From a plasmid: a stretch of 64,000 nucleotides of DNA. The stretch is taken from sequence record NZ_CP118102.1. One strand, 5' to 3'. This document shows positions 8,069 to 18,538 of the stretch, in pieces (position 1 is the stretch's first letter; each line of letters starts with the position of its first letter). A program made the position numbers and the translations under genes. The notes under the pieces were generated by a model. It saw only the letters and a list, made by a program, of their open reading frames with translations. It was not told the DNA's origin and searched no databases.

Positions 8069-9460
8069 TCAGCCGCGGACGAACCGTTCGAAGAGGGAGC
8101 CGGCGGCCAGCACTAGTTCGTCGTCGCCGCGACGCCCTGTGAGCTGCAGGCCGATCGGCAGTCCTTCCGAGGAGAGGCCGGCAGGCAGCGACAGCGCCGG
8201 GAGCCCCCACAGGTTGGCAAGCGGAGTGAACTCGCCGTTGGCGGGTCCGCCCGGCTTGCCTGCCGGGATCGGGCCGGCGGTGACCGGACAGGTGGGGGAG
8301 ACGAGTACGTCGATCTCTTCGAACAAACTGTCAACCAACGAGCGATGGGAATCCCTCCAGCTCAGGCAGACGTCATAGTCGCTCGTCGTAATGGCGCGTC
8401 CCGCCTCCAAGCTGTTCCGCATCCGTTCGCTGTAACCTTTCGCCCAATCCGTCAGCTTTTCTGTATGTGTCCGATATGCCTCGTAATGCAAAATCGTCCA
8501 CGTTTTTTCCTTCACCTCGGAGATTGGAAGCTCTGTGTTCAACCGCTTGACGCGGAAGCCGGCCTTCTCCATCGTCTGGACTACGCCAAGGATCGCATCG
8601 CGAATTTCGGGCTCTGCCTCCGCATCCAAATAGTCGGTCGCTACGCCGATTGTCAGCGGCTTCTCAGTCGCGCGAGCCCTGATGCCGGGTTGCTCCACTT
8701 CCACGTTCAGTCGCATCCGATTCTCCGCAGATTCCTCCATAAGACGCGTTCCTTTTTCATCCGAACGCTCCGCAAGAACGTTAAACAGCAAGGAGACGTC
8801 TTCGCAAGTGCGTGCCAACACGCCTGCATGATCCAGCGACGGCGCCAGCGGCGTAATGCCGTCCAGGCTGAGGCGCCCCGCGGACGGCTTGAATCCGGCG
8901 ACACCGCAGAAGCTGGCCGGCACCCGGACGGAGCCGGCTGAGTCGGTGCCGATCGAGCCGAGGGCGAAACCGGCGGCGATCCCCGCGGCGGAGCCGGAGC
9001 TGGAGCCGCCGGGCAGTCGGCCGGGCCGCAGCGGATTAAGCGTCCAGCCGAAGGCCGGGTGAGGCCGGCCGTAAGCGAACTCGTACAAATGCGCCTTGCC
9101 GATGATGACTGAGCCGGCCTCCAACAGCTTGGCGACGACGCGTGCATGCGCTTCTGGAACCGGCACGGGAGATCGGCCCGAGCCGTTCGTCAGCGGCACT
9201 CCCGCATAAGCGATCATATCTTTGACGGATACCGGGATGCCGTGCAGCGGTCCGCGGTCGCGGCCGTCCCGCAGCTCGCGCTCGGCCTGCGCGGCCTGTG
9301 CCCGAGCTTCGTCCTCCATCAGATGAAGGAAGGAGCGATACCGGTCGTCTTCGTTTCGTATTCGCTGCAGAAGCGATTCCAGCAGTTGGACGGGAGAGAG
9401 CTCTCCGCTGCGGAAGGCCCGTCCTGCCGCCGCGATCGTCCATTGGTCGTTTCGGGGCAT
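8069..9460 (-). CDS. Amidase (amidase-signature family, GatA-like)
   Basis: Amidase signature GGSSSGSAAGIAAGFALGSIGTDSAGSVRVPASFCGV. ATG at 9460 with GGAGGAA RBS. 463 aa. Confidence 0.85.
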   Translation of the reverse strand: MPRNDQWTIAAAGRAFRSGELSPVQLLESLLQRIRNEDDRYRSFLHLMEDEARAQAAQAERELRDGRDRGPLHGIPVSVKDMIAYAGVPLTNGSGRSPVPVPEAHARVVAKLLEAGSVIIGKAHLYEFAYGRPHPAFGWTLNPLRPGRLPGGSSSGSAAGIAAGFALGSIGTDSAGSVRVPASFCGVAGFKPSAGRLSLDGITPLAPSLDHAGVLARTCEDVSLLFNVLAERSDEKGTRLMEESAENRMRLNVEVEQPGIRARATEKPLTIGVATDYLDAEAEPEIRDAILGVVQTMEKAGFRVKRLNTELPISEVKEKTWTILHYEAYRTHTEKLTDWAKGYSERMRNSLEAGRAITTSDYDVCLSWRDSHRSLVDSLFEEIDVLVSPTCPVTAGPIPAGKPGGPANGEFTPLANLWGLPALSLPAGLSSEGLPIGLQLTGRRGDDELVLAAGSLFERFVRG

Positions 9461-9891
9461 GTCTCATTCCTCCATGTGTTAAGCATATACGAAATCAGAG
9501 TTGCGAGGTTGGGATAAAATTGGAGCAGATTGCGAAAACGGCGTGTGCATTGGCGACGACTGACCGAAAGGGATGACGACCAACGGCATTGACAGCGGCC
9601 GACATACGGAAGGGCGACAGACCAAGGTGTTCGAGGCGGCGGACGTAAGCAACTGCCGGCGATTGCGGTGAAAAAGATAACGGCTTGCGAAGGTATATAA
9701 CGAGATTGCGACGAACGTTTATCCGACTTTACAACTTGGATAACTCATACTATGATAGCGTCAAGCGCCGGTTAGGTGCAAGGTTATCGCGTCTTCGCGC
9801 TTAGTCTTGAACAAGAGGAGCGAGACTTCAGAATCCCGATATAACAAAATGAAGCGCAATTCAATACAAATCCCGATTCGGAGGCGGTCAT

Positions 9892-10859
9892 ATGGCGGCA
9901 CACGGAACTGCAAACGAATTTATCGCCCGGCTGTACGAAGCGAAGCTGGCCCGGGCTGCGAAGCTCCCCGACCCGGCGGCGGATGGGGAGGAGCTGCTGC
10001 GCAGAAGGGAGCGGTTGGCCAGTCTGCTTCGCATCCCCCTTGCACAGGAAAATGCCGTCCCGCCGGATGCTGAGCTGCTGGAACGTACGGACCAAGGGGC
10101 TTACATTCGCGAACGGGTGGAGATCGGCACGAGGGACGGCCTGCGCATGCCGATGTACGTGCTGCTCCCCAAGACGGCGTCCGCCAGCAGCCCCGCACCT
10201 GCCGTACTGGCGCTGCACGGCCACGGCTACGGCAGCCGCGAGCTGGTCGGACTGACGCCGGACGGACGCGACGAGCCGGAGGGAACGGGCATTCACAAGC
10301 ATTTCGCGCTGTCTCTCGTCAAGCGCGGTCTGGCCGTCATTGTACCCGAACTGCTCGGCTTCGGCGAGCGCCGGCTGGAGGAGGATAGCCGGCTGGACGA
10401 AAATCCGGCGGATATGCGCAACTCCTCCTGCTACAAACTGTCCTCCTTTTTGACTCATCTGGGAGAGACGCTGGCGGAGCGTTCGTCGCGTATTTGGCGG
10501 CAGCGCTGGATGAACGCTTCCGTGCCGTCGTATTAAGCGGGTATACGAATACTTATGAGGACAGTTACTTTTTCTCCCGGCAGCACTGTCTGTGCGACTA
10601 TATTCCCGGAATCGTCGAGTTGGGCGACATGCCCGATCTCGTCGGATTGATCGCTCCCCGTTCCCTGTACTTGGAGGTCGGGAAGAGCGACCATCTGTTT
10701 CCGGTGGAAGGGGCGGTCAGAGCAGCTGAGCGGATCGGAATGTATTACGAGCGCTTGGGCGCGGCGGACCGGCTTGTGTTGGATATTTTTGACGGGGGAC
10801 ACGAAATCGGGGGAATCGGCTCGTTCGATTGGTTGAGGAAGGAGCTGGATGCGCTATGA
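9892..10859 (+). pseudogene. Alpha/beta hydrolase (dienelactone-hydrolase / acetyl-esterase-like) split by a frameshift near 10440-10500
   Basis: The N-terminal ORF 9892..10536 carries the LALHGHGYG oxyanion region. The C-terminal ORF 10494..10859, in another frame, carries DHLFP...GGHEIGG, the Asp/His end of the fold. Together they span about 320 aa of a single enzyme. This is either a genuine frameshift or a sequencing error. Confidence 0.6.
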
Positions 10860-11728
10860 GCCGAACGATCAATCCGGTTCCGCAGCTGGTCGAGCGCAGC
10901 TTCCTGTTCTTCCACCGCCTCGAAACCCGGGAAGGCCATCTGGAAATCGTCAACGCCCACCAAGGCATCGAAATCGTGCTCGTGAGGGAAGGACGCGGTC
11001 AGCTGATTCTCGACCGGACGGTGCACCCGATCGGGCCGGGAACGTTTGTCGTAATCCAGCCGTACCAGCTGCATCATTTTAAGATGGAGCCTCCTTACGT
11101 GCGCACGCCGCTCGTATTCGATCCTTATTTGTTCGACCGCTATGCCGCGTTGTTTCCGGCGCTGCAAGCCTTTTTTCATCGGCTGTGGAAAGGAAAGCAC
11201 GGAGGGCGGCTGTTCGCGCTCAGCGAGGAGGAGTTGGAGCGGTTGGACGGGTTGGCCGGACAGTTCGAGCGCAGGCTCGGCGAGGTGCCGGAATACGGGA
11301 GACAGGAGGAATTGTTGCTGTTTCTGCTCGACTGGATGCGGGAGCTGCGCGTAATCTGCGAGCGGGACGACCGGCGCGAGCCGGATGCGGCCGGCAAGCG
11401 GGAAGGCAGACATATCGAGCAGATGATGAGCTGGATCGAGGAGCATTACCACGAAAGCTTCTCATTGGAAAAGCTGGCCGAAGCGCTTCATCTGTCGCCG
11501 TTCTACGCCTCGCATCTGTTCAGCGAAGAGACCGGCTGCACGCTCAGTCAGTACATTATAGCCCGCAGATTGCGCGAGTCGTGTCTGCTGCTGACGATGA
11601 CCGACCGGCCCGTAGCGCAGATCGGCAAGCAGATCGGTTTTAACAGCAGCGCCTACTTCTGCAAGACGTTCAAGAAAAAGATGGGCTTATCGCCGCAAGC
11701 TTTCCGCAAGCGCTCCGGACAGGCGTAA
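10856..11728 (+). CDS. AraC family transcriptional regulator (cupin N-domain plus AraC HTH)
   Basis: C-terminal HTH region: IARRLRESCLLLTMTDRPVAQIGKQIGFNSSAYFCKTFKKKMGLSPQAFR. Start set at the ATG at 10856, which has an AGGAAGGAG RBS and overlaps the hydrolase stop. Confidence 0.8.
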   Translation: MSRTINPVPQLVERSFLFFHRLETREGHLEIVNAHQGIEIVLVREGRGQLILDRTVHPIGPGTFVVIQPYQLHHFKMEPPYVRTPLVFDPYLFDRYAALFPALQAFFHRLWKGKHGGRLFALSEEELERLDGLAGQFERRLGEVPEYGRQEELLLFLLDWMRELRVICERDDRREPDAAGKREGRHIEQMMSWIEEHYHESFSLEKLAEALHLSPFYASHLFSEETGCTLSQYIIARRLRESCLLLTMTDRPVAQIGKQIGFNSSAYFCKTFKKKMGLSPQAFRKRSGQA

Positions 11729-11972
11729 CGACGGGAGAAGGCGAACCAGCCGGAGCGCAGGAGGAGAACCGCCCCGCGCCGGTTGATTCGTCATGCCCGA
11801 AAACGGCCGTACGTCGCGTCCTGGAGGGGCGCTGTGCCATCCGGCAAACGGATCAGACGCCGGGCTATCGGTCAGACGGAATGAACGACAGGAGGCTGCG
11901 CGATCCGGAGGAAAAGTCCGAAACGGCGGCAAGTCAGGCCTCATACCCGCTCTACAAGGAGGAATAAGTCAG

Positions 11973-12812
11973 ATGAAATACGCGTTCAATACGGCATCGG
12001 CCCCGACGCTGACGCTGCCGGAGCTGCTGGAAGCGGCTCGTCGCTACGGCTACGGTGGTCTGGAAGTACGAGCCGGAGTCGGACATCGTCACGGCATCGA
12101 AATCGACGCCGGCACGGAAGCGCGCCAAAGCTTGAGACGGCTGGCGGAGAAGGCAAAAGTCGCCCTGACGGCGCTCGGCGTATCCAGCCGGTTCTCGGCG
12201 GCGGAGGAGGAGGGCGAGGCGCAGATAGACGCTGCCGAGAAAGCCATTGAGTTGGCGGCGGATATGGGGATTCCGTATGTTCGGCTGTTTTGCGGCCGGA
12301 TTGCGGCGGGAGACAGCCGGGACAAAGCGCGGGAACGCATCGTGGAGGCGCTGCGCCGACTCGCGCCAAGCGGGACGGAGCATGGAGTCGTTCTGCTGCT
12401 GGAGACGCACGACGACTGGTCTGCCCCTGGCGAGCTGGCAGAGGTGCTGCGGCGGGTTGGTCATCCAAGCGTTGCGGCTCTCTGGGACGTGCTTCATACG
12501 CAGCACGAAGGAGAGGCATCGCCCGCGGAAACCGTCGCCGCGCTGGGGCCGTGGATCCGCCACGTCCATGTGCACGACGGCGTCCGCAAACCGCCCGGGA
12601 GCACCGGGCATCCGCATTACCGCGCCATCGGCAGCGGCGATGTCGATCATGCCGAGGTCATCCGGGCGCTGAACGGCATCGGCTATACGGGCTGGCTGAG
12701 CGGGGAGTGGTACGAATGGGAGCCGCGCGAGACGCATCTGCCGCGCGAGCTGGAGGCGCTGCGGCGGGCCGAGCAAGCGGCCGGGAAAGGAGCGTCCGAA
12801 GATGGCCTTTAA
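11973..12812 (+). CDS. Sugar phosphate isomerase/epimerase (xylose-isomerase-like TIM barrel)
   Basis: MKYAFNTASAPTLTLPELLEAARRYGYGGLEVR... is typical of AP endonuclease 2 / xylose-isomerase-like TIM-barrel proteins. ATG at 11973 follows AAGGAGGAA. The upstream part of the track ORF (from 11793) lacks an RBS. Confidence 0.75.
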   Translation: MKYAFNTASAPTLTLPELLEAARRYGYGGLEVRAGVGHRHGIEIDAGTEARQSLRRLAEKAKVALTALGVSSRFSAAEEEGEAQIDAAEKAIELAADMGIPYVRLFCGRIAAGDSRDKARERIVEALRRLAPSGTEHGVVLLLETHDDWSAPGELAEVLRRVGHPSVAALWDVLHTQHEGEASPAETVAALGPWIRHVHVHDGVRKPPGSTGHPHYRAIGSGDVDHAEVIRALNGIGYTGWLSGEWYEWEPRETHLPRELEALRRAEQAAGKGASEDGL

Positions 12813-13800
12813 AATATGCGTGATCGGATGCGGCGGCATCGCCTGGAGAGGGCATGGTCCGGCGTACCGGCGTTACCGGGAGGAACGGCCGGATACGGAG
12901 CTGGCTGCCTGCGTGGACGCCGATCCGGACAGGGCGGCCAAATTCGCCGAGGAGTTCGGCTTTCGCCGGGCGTACACGAGGGTGGAGGAAGCGCTGGAGA
13001 CGGAGCGTCCAGACGCCGTCTGCCTGCTCGTGCCCGCTCCGTACATCGCGGAGCTGGCCGCATCGATTCTAGGCCAAGGCTACCCGCTGCTGCTGGAGAA
13101 ACCTCCCGGCACGACGCGGGAAGAAGCGCTGCGCATCGCAGCAGCCGCGATTCGGCCGAACGGCGGCGAGATTCCGACACGGGTGGCGTTCAACCGCCGA
13201 TATATGCCGCTGATCGGGCAGGCGGTCGACGCGCTGAAGGAGTGGCGTGAAGCCGGACGGCTGCATCATATCGCTTACGACATCAGCCGGGTTGGCCGAA
13301 CCGACGACGAGGACGCGTCCGTCACCGCGATTCACGGCATCGACGCGCTAAGAACGCTGGCAGGTTCGGATTACCGCGACATTCGCCTGAGCTATCGCCC
13401 GCTCCCGCATCTGGGTTCGCGCGTGACGAATGTCTCGCTGGAAGGCGAGTTTCAGTCCGGGGCGACGTTCCGGCTGAATTATTTTCCGGCGGCGGGGGCG
13501 GTATACGAGAGGGCGGCGATCAACTGTGAAGACGCCACGCTGCTGCTTCGGCTTCCGTTCTGGACGTCGAACGATTCGCCCGGAGGCGTTCTGCTGCAAG
13601 GCAACCGCGAGCTGAAGCATTGGGCGTCGGAAGCCGAGCCGTTCGTAACCAACGGCTTCTACGAGGAGAATGCCGGCTTCTTCGACGCCGTCCGCGCGGG
13701 CATGCAGCCGACTGGAGGAATCCGCACGGCGATTCAGTCGGTAGAGGTGGCGGAGGCGGTGCTGCGGAGAGAGACGCGTTATGCGTCGGACAACAGATAA
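12802..13800 (+). CDS. Gfo/Idh/MocA family oxidoreductase
   Basis: N-terminal KICVIGCGGIAWRGHGPAY Rossmann motif. 332 aa. RBS GGAAAGGAG. Confidence 0.8.
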   Translation: MAFKICVIGCGGIAWRGHGPAYRRYREERPDTELAACVDADPDRAAKFAEEFGFRRAYTRVEEALETERPDAVCLLVPAPYIAELAASILGQGYPLLLEKPPGTTREEALRIAAAAIRPNGGEIPTRVAFNRRYMPLIGQAVDALKEWREAGRLHHIAYDISRVGRTDDEDASVTAIHGIDALRTLAGSDYRDIRLSYRPLPHLGSRVTNVSLEGEFQSGATFRLNYFPAAGAVYERAAINCEDATLLLRLPFWTSNDSPGGVLLQGNRELKHWASEAEPFVTNGFYEENAGFFDAVRAGMQPTGGIRTAIQSVEVAEAVLRRETRYASDNR

Positions 13801-13811
13801 GGAGGACAACG

Positions 13812-16043
13812 ATGAACAGCAAATCAGCGAGCTACGACGTCGTGGTCGCCGGAGGCGGACTGGCCGGCTTCAGCGCGGCGGTGGCAGCGGCCCGGGAAGG
13901 CGCGCGCACCGCGCTCGTGCAGGATCGACCCGTGCTGGGCGGCAACAGCTCGTCGGAAATTCGCGTGACGCCGCACGGCGCCGGACGGTTTCATGCCTAC
14001 GCCAGAGAGACGGGAATCATTACCGAGGTGACGTGCGAGGATCGGGCGAACAACCATGAGCAGTTTCACAACAACGGCTGGACGAACAGCGTGTGGGATA
14101 TGACGTTGTACGATCTGGCGATGAGAACGCCGAACTTGACGGTGTACCTGAACACCTCCGTGCAGCAGGTCGAAAAGGATGGAGACCGGCGCATCGCCGC
14201 CGTTACCGCGAGAGTCGCGGGGGCGGAGACGGAGCTGCGGCTGCAAGGCCGCGTCTTCATCGATTGCACCGGGGACGGCACGGTCGCGGCGCTGGCGGGC
14301 AACGAGTGGCGGATGGGCAGCGAGAGCCGCGACGAATTCGGCGAGCCCCACGCTCCGGAGCGCGCAAGCGGCGACACGATGGGCAGCTCGATCCATTTCC
14401 GCGCCCGCGATACGGGGCGGCCGGCTCCGTTTCGCGCCCCCGAATGGGCCGTCGCGTATGACGATCCCGCCTTTTTCTACGCGCACAATCGCAGACCGTA
14501 CGACATTCGCGCCGGTTACTGGTGGTTCGAGCTGGGTTCGCCTTGGGATACGATACACGACGCGGAGACGATCCGCCATGAGCTGACGCGCCATGTGCTG
14601 GGCGTATGGGACTGGATCAAGAACAAGGACCCGCTGACCCGGGACAAGGCGGTGAATTACGCGCTCGACTGGATCGGCCAGGTGCCGGGCAAAAGGGAAA
14701 GTCGGCGCATAATGGGCCGTTATCTGCTGACCGAGCATGACGTGCTGGAAGGCAGAAAGTTTGCCGACGAGGTCGCCTATGGCGGGTGGTATTTGGACCT
14801 GCACATCCCCGGAGGGCTGCTCGCGCCGACAAGCGAGCTGCCGGGAGCGGCCGAGCTGGTCAGCCCCTACGGCATTCCGCTGCGCATTCTGATCGCCAAG
14901 GATATCGACAACCTGCTGATGGCGGGGCGCAACGTCAGCGTCACGCACGCGGCGCTCGGCACCGTCCGCGTCATGTCGACGACTGCCATTATGGGCCAGG
15001 CGGCAGGAACCGCCGCTGCCGTCGCGCTTAGGCGCGGCATTCCCGTCCCGGACGTGCCGGGGACGGACGCCATTGCGGAGGTGCAGCAGACGCTGCTGCG
15101 GGCCGGCTGTTTCCTGCCGGGCGCAGCGAACGTCGATCCGCTCGACCTCGCCCGGCAGGCGGAGGTGACGGCCAGCAGCGAGGCGGAGCTTGCCGAGACG
15201 GAGCCGGGAGACGAGGGAGAGGCGCTGGACATCCGTCGCAGCCAGTGGGTGGCCGTCGCGGCGGGCGAACTGGAGCATCTGGACGTCTGGGTGGCGAATC
15301 GCGGCGACCATCCGCTCTCGTTCGAAGCCGAATTGCATCGCACCGGGCATATTTGGGATTACGACGTGCGGCAGCAAAACCGGCTGGCCGCAGCCATACT
15401 GGAAGTTCCGCCGGCCTGCGAAGGCTGGATTCGATGGCTGCCGCGGCTGGACGCGCGAAGCGGCCTTCCGGAAGAAGGCTATGTCCGGCTCGATCTGCTG
15501 AACGGCCGCGGGCTGATCTGGCGCCGCGCCAATGCCGTGCACCCCGGGCTTCCGTCGGCCAGCGAACTGGAGCCCGGCCGCCTGCGCAGCCACGACGACG
15601 GACGGACGATGAGCTTCCGCGTCAGTCCGCCCCAGCCGATCTATTCGGCCGCGCAGACGGTCAGCGGCGTCACCCGGCCGCATCGGACCGTCAACCTGTG
15701 GCGTTCGGCGCCAGGCCTGCCGCTTCCGCAGACGCTGGAGCTGCGATGGCGCGAGACGCGGGAGATCGGGACGGTCGAGCTGACTTTTCCGGGACATCTG
15801 CTTCAGGATCACAACCGTTATCCCGCCTACTATCGCGAACCCGACTGTCCGCGCGACTACAGAATTGAGGCTTGGACCGCCGGGGGCTGGGAGAGCGTCC
15901 ACGAGACGTTCGGCAATTATCAGCGCCGCGTGTCTCATCGACTCTCCCGACCGGTACGGACGGAGCGCATCCGCATCGTCTTCCTGGCATCCAACGGAGG
16001 CGCGGAAGCGGCGGTCTACGAGATTCGCTGCTACGGGATATAA
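13812..16043 (+). CDS. FAD-dependent oxidoreductase (FAD_oxidored family) with C-terminal beta-sandwich extension
   Basis: N-terminus YDVVVAGGGLAGFSAAVAAAREGARTALVQ...GGNSS is the FAD-binding dinucleotide motif. ATG at 13812 follows TAAGGAGGA. The track start at 13620 is an artefactual extension. Confidence 0.75.
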   Translation: MNSKSASYDVVVAGGGLAGFSAAVAAAREGARTALVQDRPVLGGNSSSEIRVTPHGAGRFHAYARETGIITEVTCEDRANNHEQFHNNGWTNSVWDMTLYDLAMRTPNLTVYLNTSVQQVEKDGDRRIAAVTARVAGAETELRLQGRVFIDCTGDGTVAALAGNEWRMGSESRDEFGEPHAPERASGDTMGSSIHFRARDTGRPAPFRAPEWAVAYDDPAFFYAHNRRPYDIRAGYWWFELGSPWDTIHDAETIRHELTRHVLGVWDWIKNKDPLTRDKAVNYALDWIGQVPGKRESRRIMGRYLLTEHDVLEGRKFADEVAYGGWYLDLHIPGGLLAPTSELPGAAELVSPYGIPLRILIAKDIDNLLMAGRNVSVTHAALGTVRVMSTTAIMGQAAGTAAAVALRRGIPVPDVPGTDAIAEVQQTLLRAGCFLPGAANVDPLDLARQAEVTASSEAELAETEPGDEGEALDIRRSQWVAVAAGELEHLDVWVANRGDHPLSFEAELHRTGHIWDYDVRQQNRLAAAILEVPPACEGWIRWLPRLDARSGLPEEGYVRLDLLNGRGLIWRRANAVHPGLPSASELEPGRLRSHDDGRTMSFRVSPPQPIYSAAQTVSGVTRPHRTVNLWRSAPGLPLPQTLELRWRETREIGTVELTFPGHLLQDHNRYPAYYREPDCPRDYRIEAWTAGGWESVHETFGNYQRRVSHRLSRPVRTERIRIVFLASNGGAEAAVYEIRCYGI

Positions 16044-16183
16044 CGGGATTGCCTTTTCATAACACAAGCTTGGCATTCTCCAATAACCTACTTTACACCT
16101 CGGAAAACACTGTATTATGATGAGGCCATGCGAGAGGCCGCGCACAACGCAAGTCGAATCCATATTCAAGGAGACAATGACCG

Positions 16184-16999
16184 ATGAACGCTAAAACAAA
16201 AACGTTATTCGCCGTATTGACGCTGGTTGCGGCACTGATCGCCGCAGGCTGCTCGAACGATAAAGGAAACGGCTCCGCACAGTCGGCCGCCGCGCAAACT
16301 TCGCTGGATAAGCTGAAGCAGAAAGGCGAGTTCGTCATCGCGACGACCGGCACGTATCCGCCGTACGCCTTCCACGAGGAGACCGGCGACCGACCGCTGA
16401 CCGGCTTCGATATCGAGCTGCTGACCGAGGTGTTCGCGCGCATCGACGGCGTGAAGCTGTCGTTCAAGGAAGCGGAATGGGACGGCATGCTTGCAGGCCT
16501 GGACGCGGGACGGTTCGACTCGATCCACCAGATCGGAGTCACGGAGGAGCGCAAGGAGAAATACGATTTCGCCGACCCGTACCTGATCTCGTACCCGACG
16601 CTGATCGTGCTGGACGAGACGAAGGATATCAACAGCTTCGAGGATTTGAAGGGCAAGAAAGTGTACGGCTCCAATACGAGCATTTACGGCAAGCTGGCCG
16701 AGTCCTACGGCGCGGTGCTCGTGCCGGAGGGCGAAAGCCTGGAGCTGCTGAAGAACAAACGGGTGGACGCGATCATTTTCAACAATCTGTACTTCCTGGA
16801 GCTGAAGAAAAACCGTCCCGACCTGAACCTGAGAGCGGCCGATCAGGCCGATACGCAGGAGTTGGTGGCGCTGCCTCTCGTGAAGGGCGGAGACGGTACG
16901 GCGATCGCGGCGTTTAACGAGGCGCTGAAGAGCGTGAAGGAAGACGGCATATACGAGAAGCTGTCGCTCAAATGGTTCGGCGAAAACTTGCTGAAGTAA
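16184..16999 (+). CDS. Amino-acid ABC transporter substrate-binding lipoprotein (SBP family 3)
   Basis: Lipoprotein signal MNAKTKTLFAVLTLVAALIAAGC. Polar amino acid SBP-like body. Confidence 0.8.
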   Translation: MNAKTKTLFAVLTLVAALIAAGCSNDKGNGSAQSAAAQTSLDKLKQKGEFVIATTGTYPPYAFHEETGDRPLTGFDIELLTEVFARIDGVKLSFKEAEWDGMLAGLDAGRFDSIHQIGVTEERKEKYDFADPYLISYPTLIVLDETKDINSFEDLKGKKVYGSNTSIYGKLAESYGAVLVPEGESLELLKNKRVDAIIFNNLYFLELKKNRPDLNLRAADQADTQELVALPLVKGGDGTAIAAFNEALKSVKEDGIYEKLSLKWFGENLLK

Positions 17000-17021
17000 G
17001 GCGGATAAAGGAGGGCTCGGC

Positions 17022-17699
17022 ATGAGCCAGGAGCGCGCGGAAAGACTGTGGGACATAGCCCTCCACTCGTTGTGGCCGCTGCTGCAGGGGATGCTGAAAT
17101 ACACGATTCCTCTGTCGCTCGTCTCGTTCGCGCTGGCGCTGATCTTCGCTCTGCTGATCGCGCTGGCCGGCCTGTCTCCCAGGCCGTACCTGCGGTTGCC
17201 CTCGCGGTTCTACGTCTGGATCGTCCGGGGCACGCCCATTCTCGTTCAACTGTTCATCATTTTCTATGGACTTCCGAATGTCGGCATCGTGCTTCCCGCG
17301 TTCCCGACGGTCGTCATCGCGCTGACGGTGGCGGAAGCGGCGTACTGCTCGGAAATCATGCGCTCGACGATCAAATCTCTGCCGCAGGGGCAGTGGAAGG
17401 CGGGATATTCCCTCGGAATGTCCCCTTTCCAGGTGCTCAGACGCGTCATCTTGCCGCAGGCGGCGCGGATCAGCATTCCGCCGCTCGGCAACCAGTTCAT
17501 CGGCCTGTTCAAGACGTCGTCGCTGGCCGCTCTCGTCACCCTGCCGGACCTGTTCGGCGTGGCCAAGCAGATCGCCGCCTCGACGTTCGAGCCAATGCTG
17601 CTCTATATTATCGCGGCCGGCTACTATTTGCTGATCTGCTCCGCGCTGACGGTCGGCCAGCACCGGCTGGAGAAGAAGTTCGGCAACTATTCGCTGTAG
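17022..17699 (+). CDS. Amino-acid ABC transporter permease (His/Glu/Gln/Arg/opine family)
   Basis: Multi-TM protein with the EAA-like region [34 protein letters not shown]. Confidence 0.8.
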   Translation: MSQERAERLWDIALHSLWPLLQGMLKYTIPLSLVSFALALIFALLIALAGLSPRPYLRLPSRFYVWIVRGTPILVQLFIIFYGLPNVGIVLPAFPTVVIALTVAEAAYCSEIMRSTIKSLPQGQWKAGYSLGMSPFQVLRRVILPQAARISIPPLGNQFIGLFKTSSLAALVTLPDLFGVAKQIAASTFEPMLLYIIAAGYYLLICSALTVGQHRLEKKFGNYSL

Positions 17700-17719
17700 C
17701 GGGAAAGGAGGGGATCGCC

Positions 17720-18514
17720 ATGTTGAACGTTACGCAGCTTCGCAAAAGCTTCGGCCGCACCGAGGTGCTTCGAGGCATCGACCTGCGCGTGGCCAAGGGG
17801 GAGACGACGATTGTGATCGGTCCTTCAGGTTCAGGCAAGTCGACGCTGCTGAGTTGCCTGAACCTGCTGGAAATTCCCGATTCCGGGGAGCTTGAGCTGG
17901 ACGGCCATCGGATGAAGTTCGGGGACGGCGGCAAAAAGCGGACTCGCGAGCTGATCGGCTATCGGCAGAAAACGGGCATGGTGTTCCAAAGCCATCAGTT
18001 GTTCCCGCACCGGACGGCGCTGGAGAACGTAATCGAAGGGCTGATCGTCGTCAAGCGCTGGAATCGCAGCGACGCGCGCCGACGGGGCGAGGAGCTGCTC
18101 GCCAAAGTCGGTCTGCGCGAATTCGCCGACCGCTACCCGGCACAGCTGTCCGGCGGGCAGCAGCAGCGGGTCGGCATCGCCCGGGCGCTTGCGATGGACC
18201 CGGCGGTGCTGCTGTTCGACGAGCCGACGTCAGCGCTCGATCCGGAGCTGGTCGGCGAAGTGCTGCGGGTGATGAAGGAACTGGCGCGCGAAGGGATGAC
18301 GCTGATCGTGGCGACGCATGAAATGAACTTCGCCCGGGAGGTGGCCGACCGCGTCATCTTCATGGAAAAGGGCTTGATCGCGGACGAAGGCACGGCGGCC
18401 CATATTTTCGGCGCGAGCCGTAACGAGCGGGTGCGTCAGTTTCTCAGCCGGTTCGACGCGGCGGCGGAATTGCCGTCCGTTCCGGTTCAGGTTCAGGTTC
18501 AGGCAACTTTATAA
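17720..18514 (+). CDS. Amino-acid ABC transporter ATP-binding protein
   Basis: Walker [10 protein letters not shown], signature LSGGQQQRV, Walker [12 protein letters not shown]. Start is the ATG at 17720 after AGGAGGGG. The track ORF 17048.. is a 5-prime extension overlapping the permease. Confidence 0.85.
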   Translation: MLNVTQLRKSFGRTEVLRGIDLRVAKGETTIVIGPSGSGKSTLLSCLNLLEIPDSGELELDGHRMKFGDGGKKRTRELIGYRQKTGMVFQSHQLFPHRTALENVIEGLIVVKRWNRSDARRRGEELLAKVGLREFADRYPAQLSGGQQQRVGIARALAMDPAVLLFDEPTSALDPELVGEVLRVMKELAREGMTLIVATHEMNFAREVADRVIFMEKGLIADEGTAAHIFGASRNERVRQFLSRFDAAAELPSVPVQVQVQATL

Positions 18515-18538
18515 TAGAAGAAAGGCGGGTGGCAGCCG

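Noticed and set aside
7412-8116. Calling the Arg/Trp-rich plus-frame repeat ORF a confident CDS
   Set aside because: High GC3 is partly forced by the repeat sequence itself. The composition is odd and there is no RBS. I kept it as an open question rather than a feature.
13824-16169. 781-aa minus-strand ORF
   Set aside because: It is antisense to the FAD-dependent oxidoreductase, which has an RBS, a clear FAD-binding motif and operon context. Long shadow ORFs are expected in high-GC DNA.
17048-17719. N-terminal 224-codon extension of the ABC ATPase ORF
   Set aside because: It overlaps the permease gene in another frame. The ATPase has an ATG with AGGAGGGG RBS at 17720, and its Walker A follows immediately.
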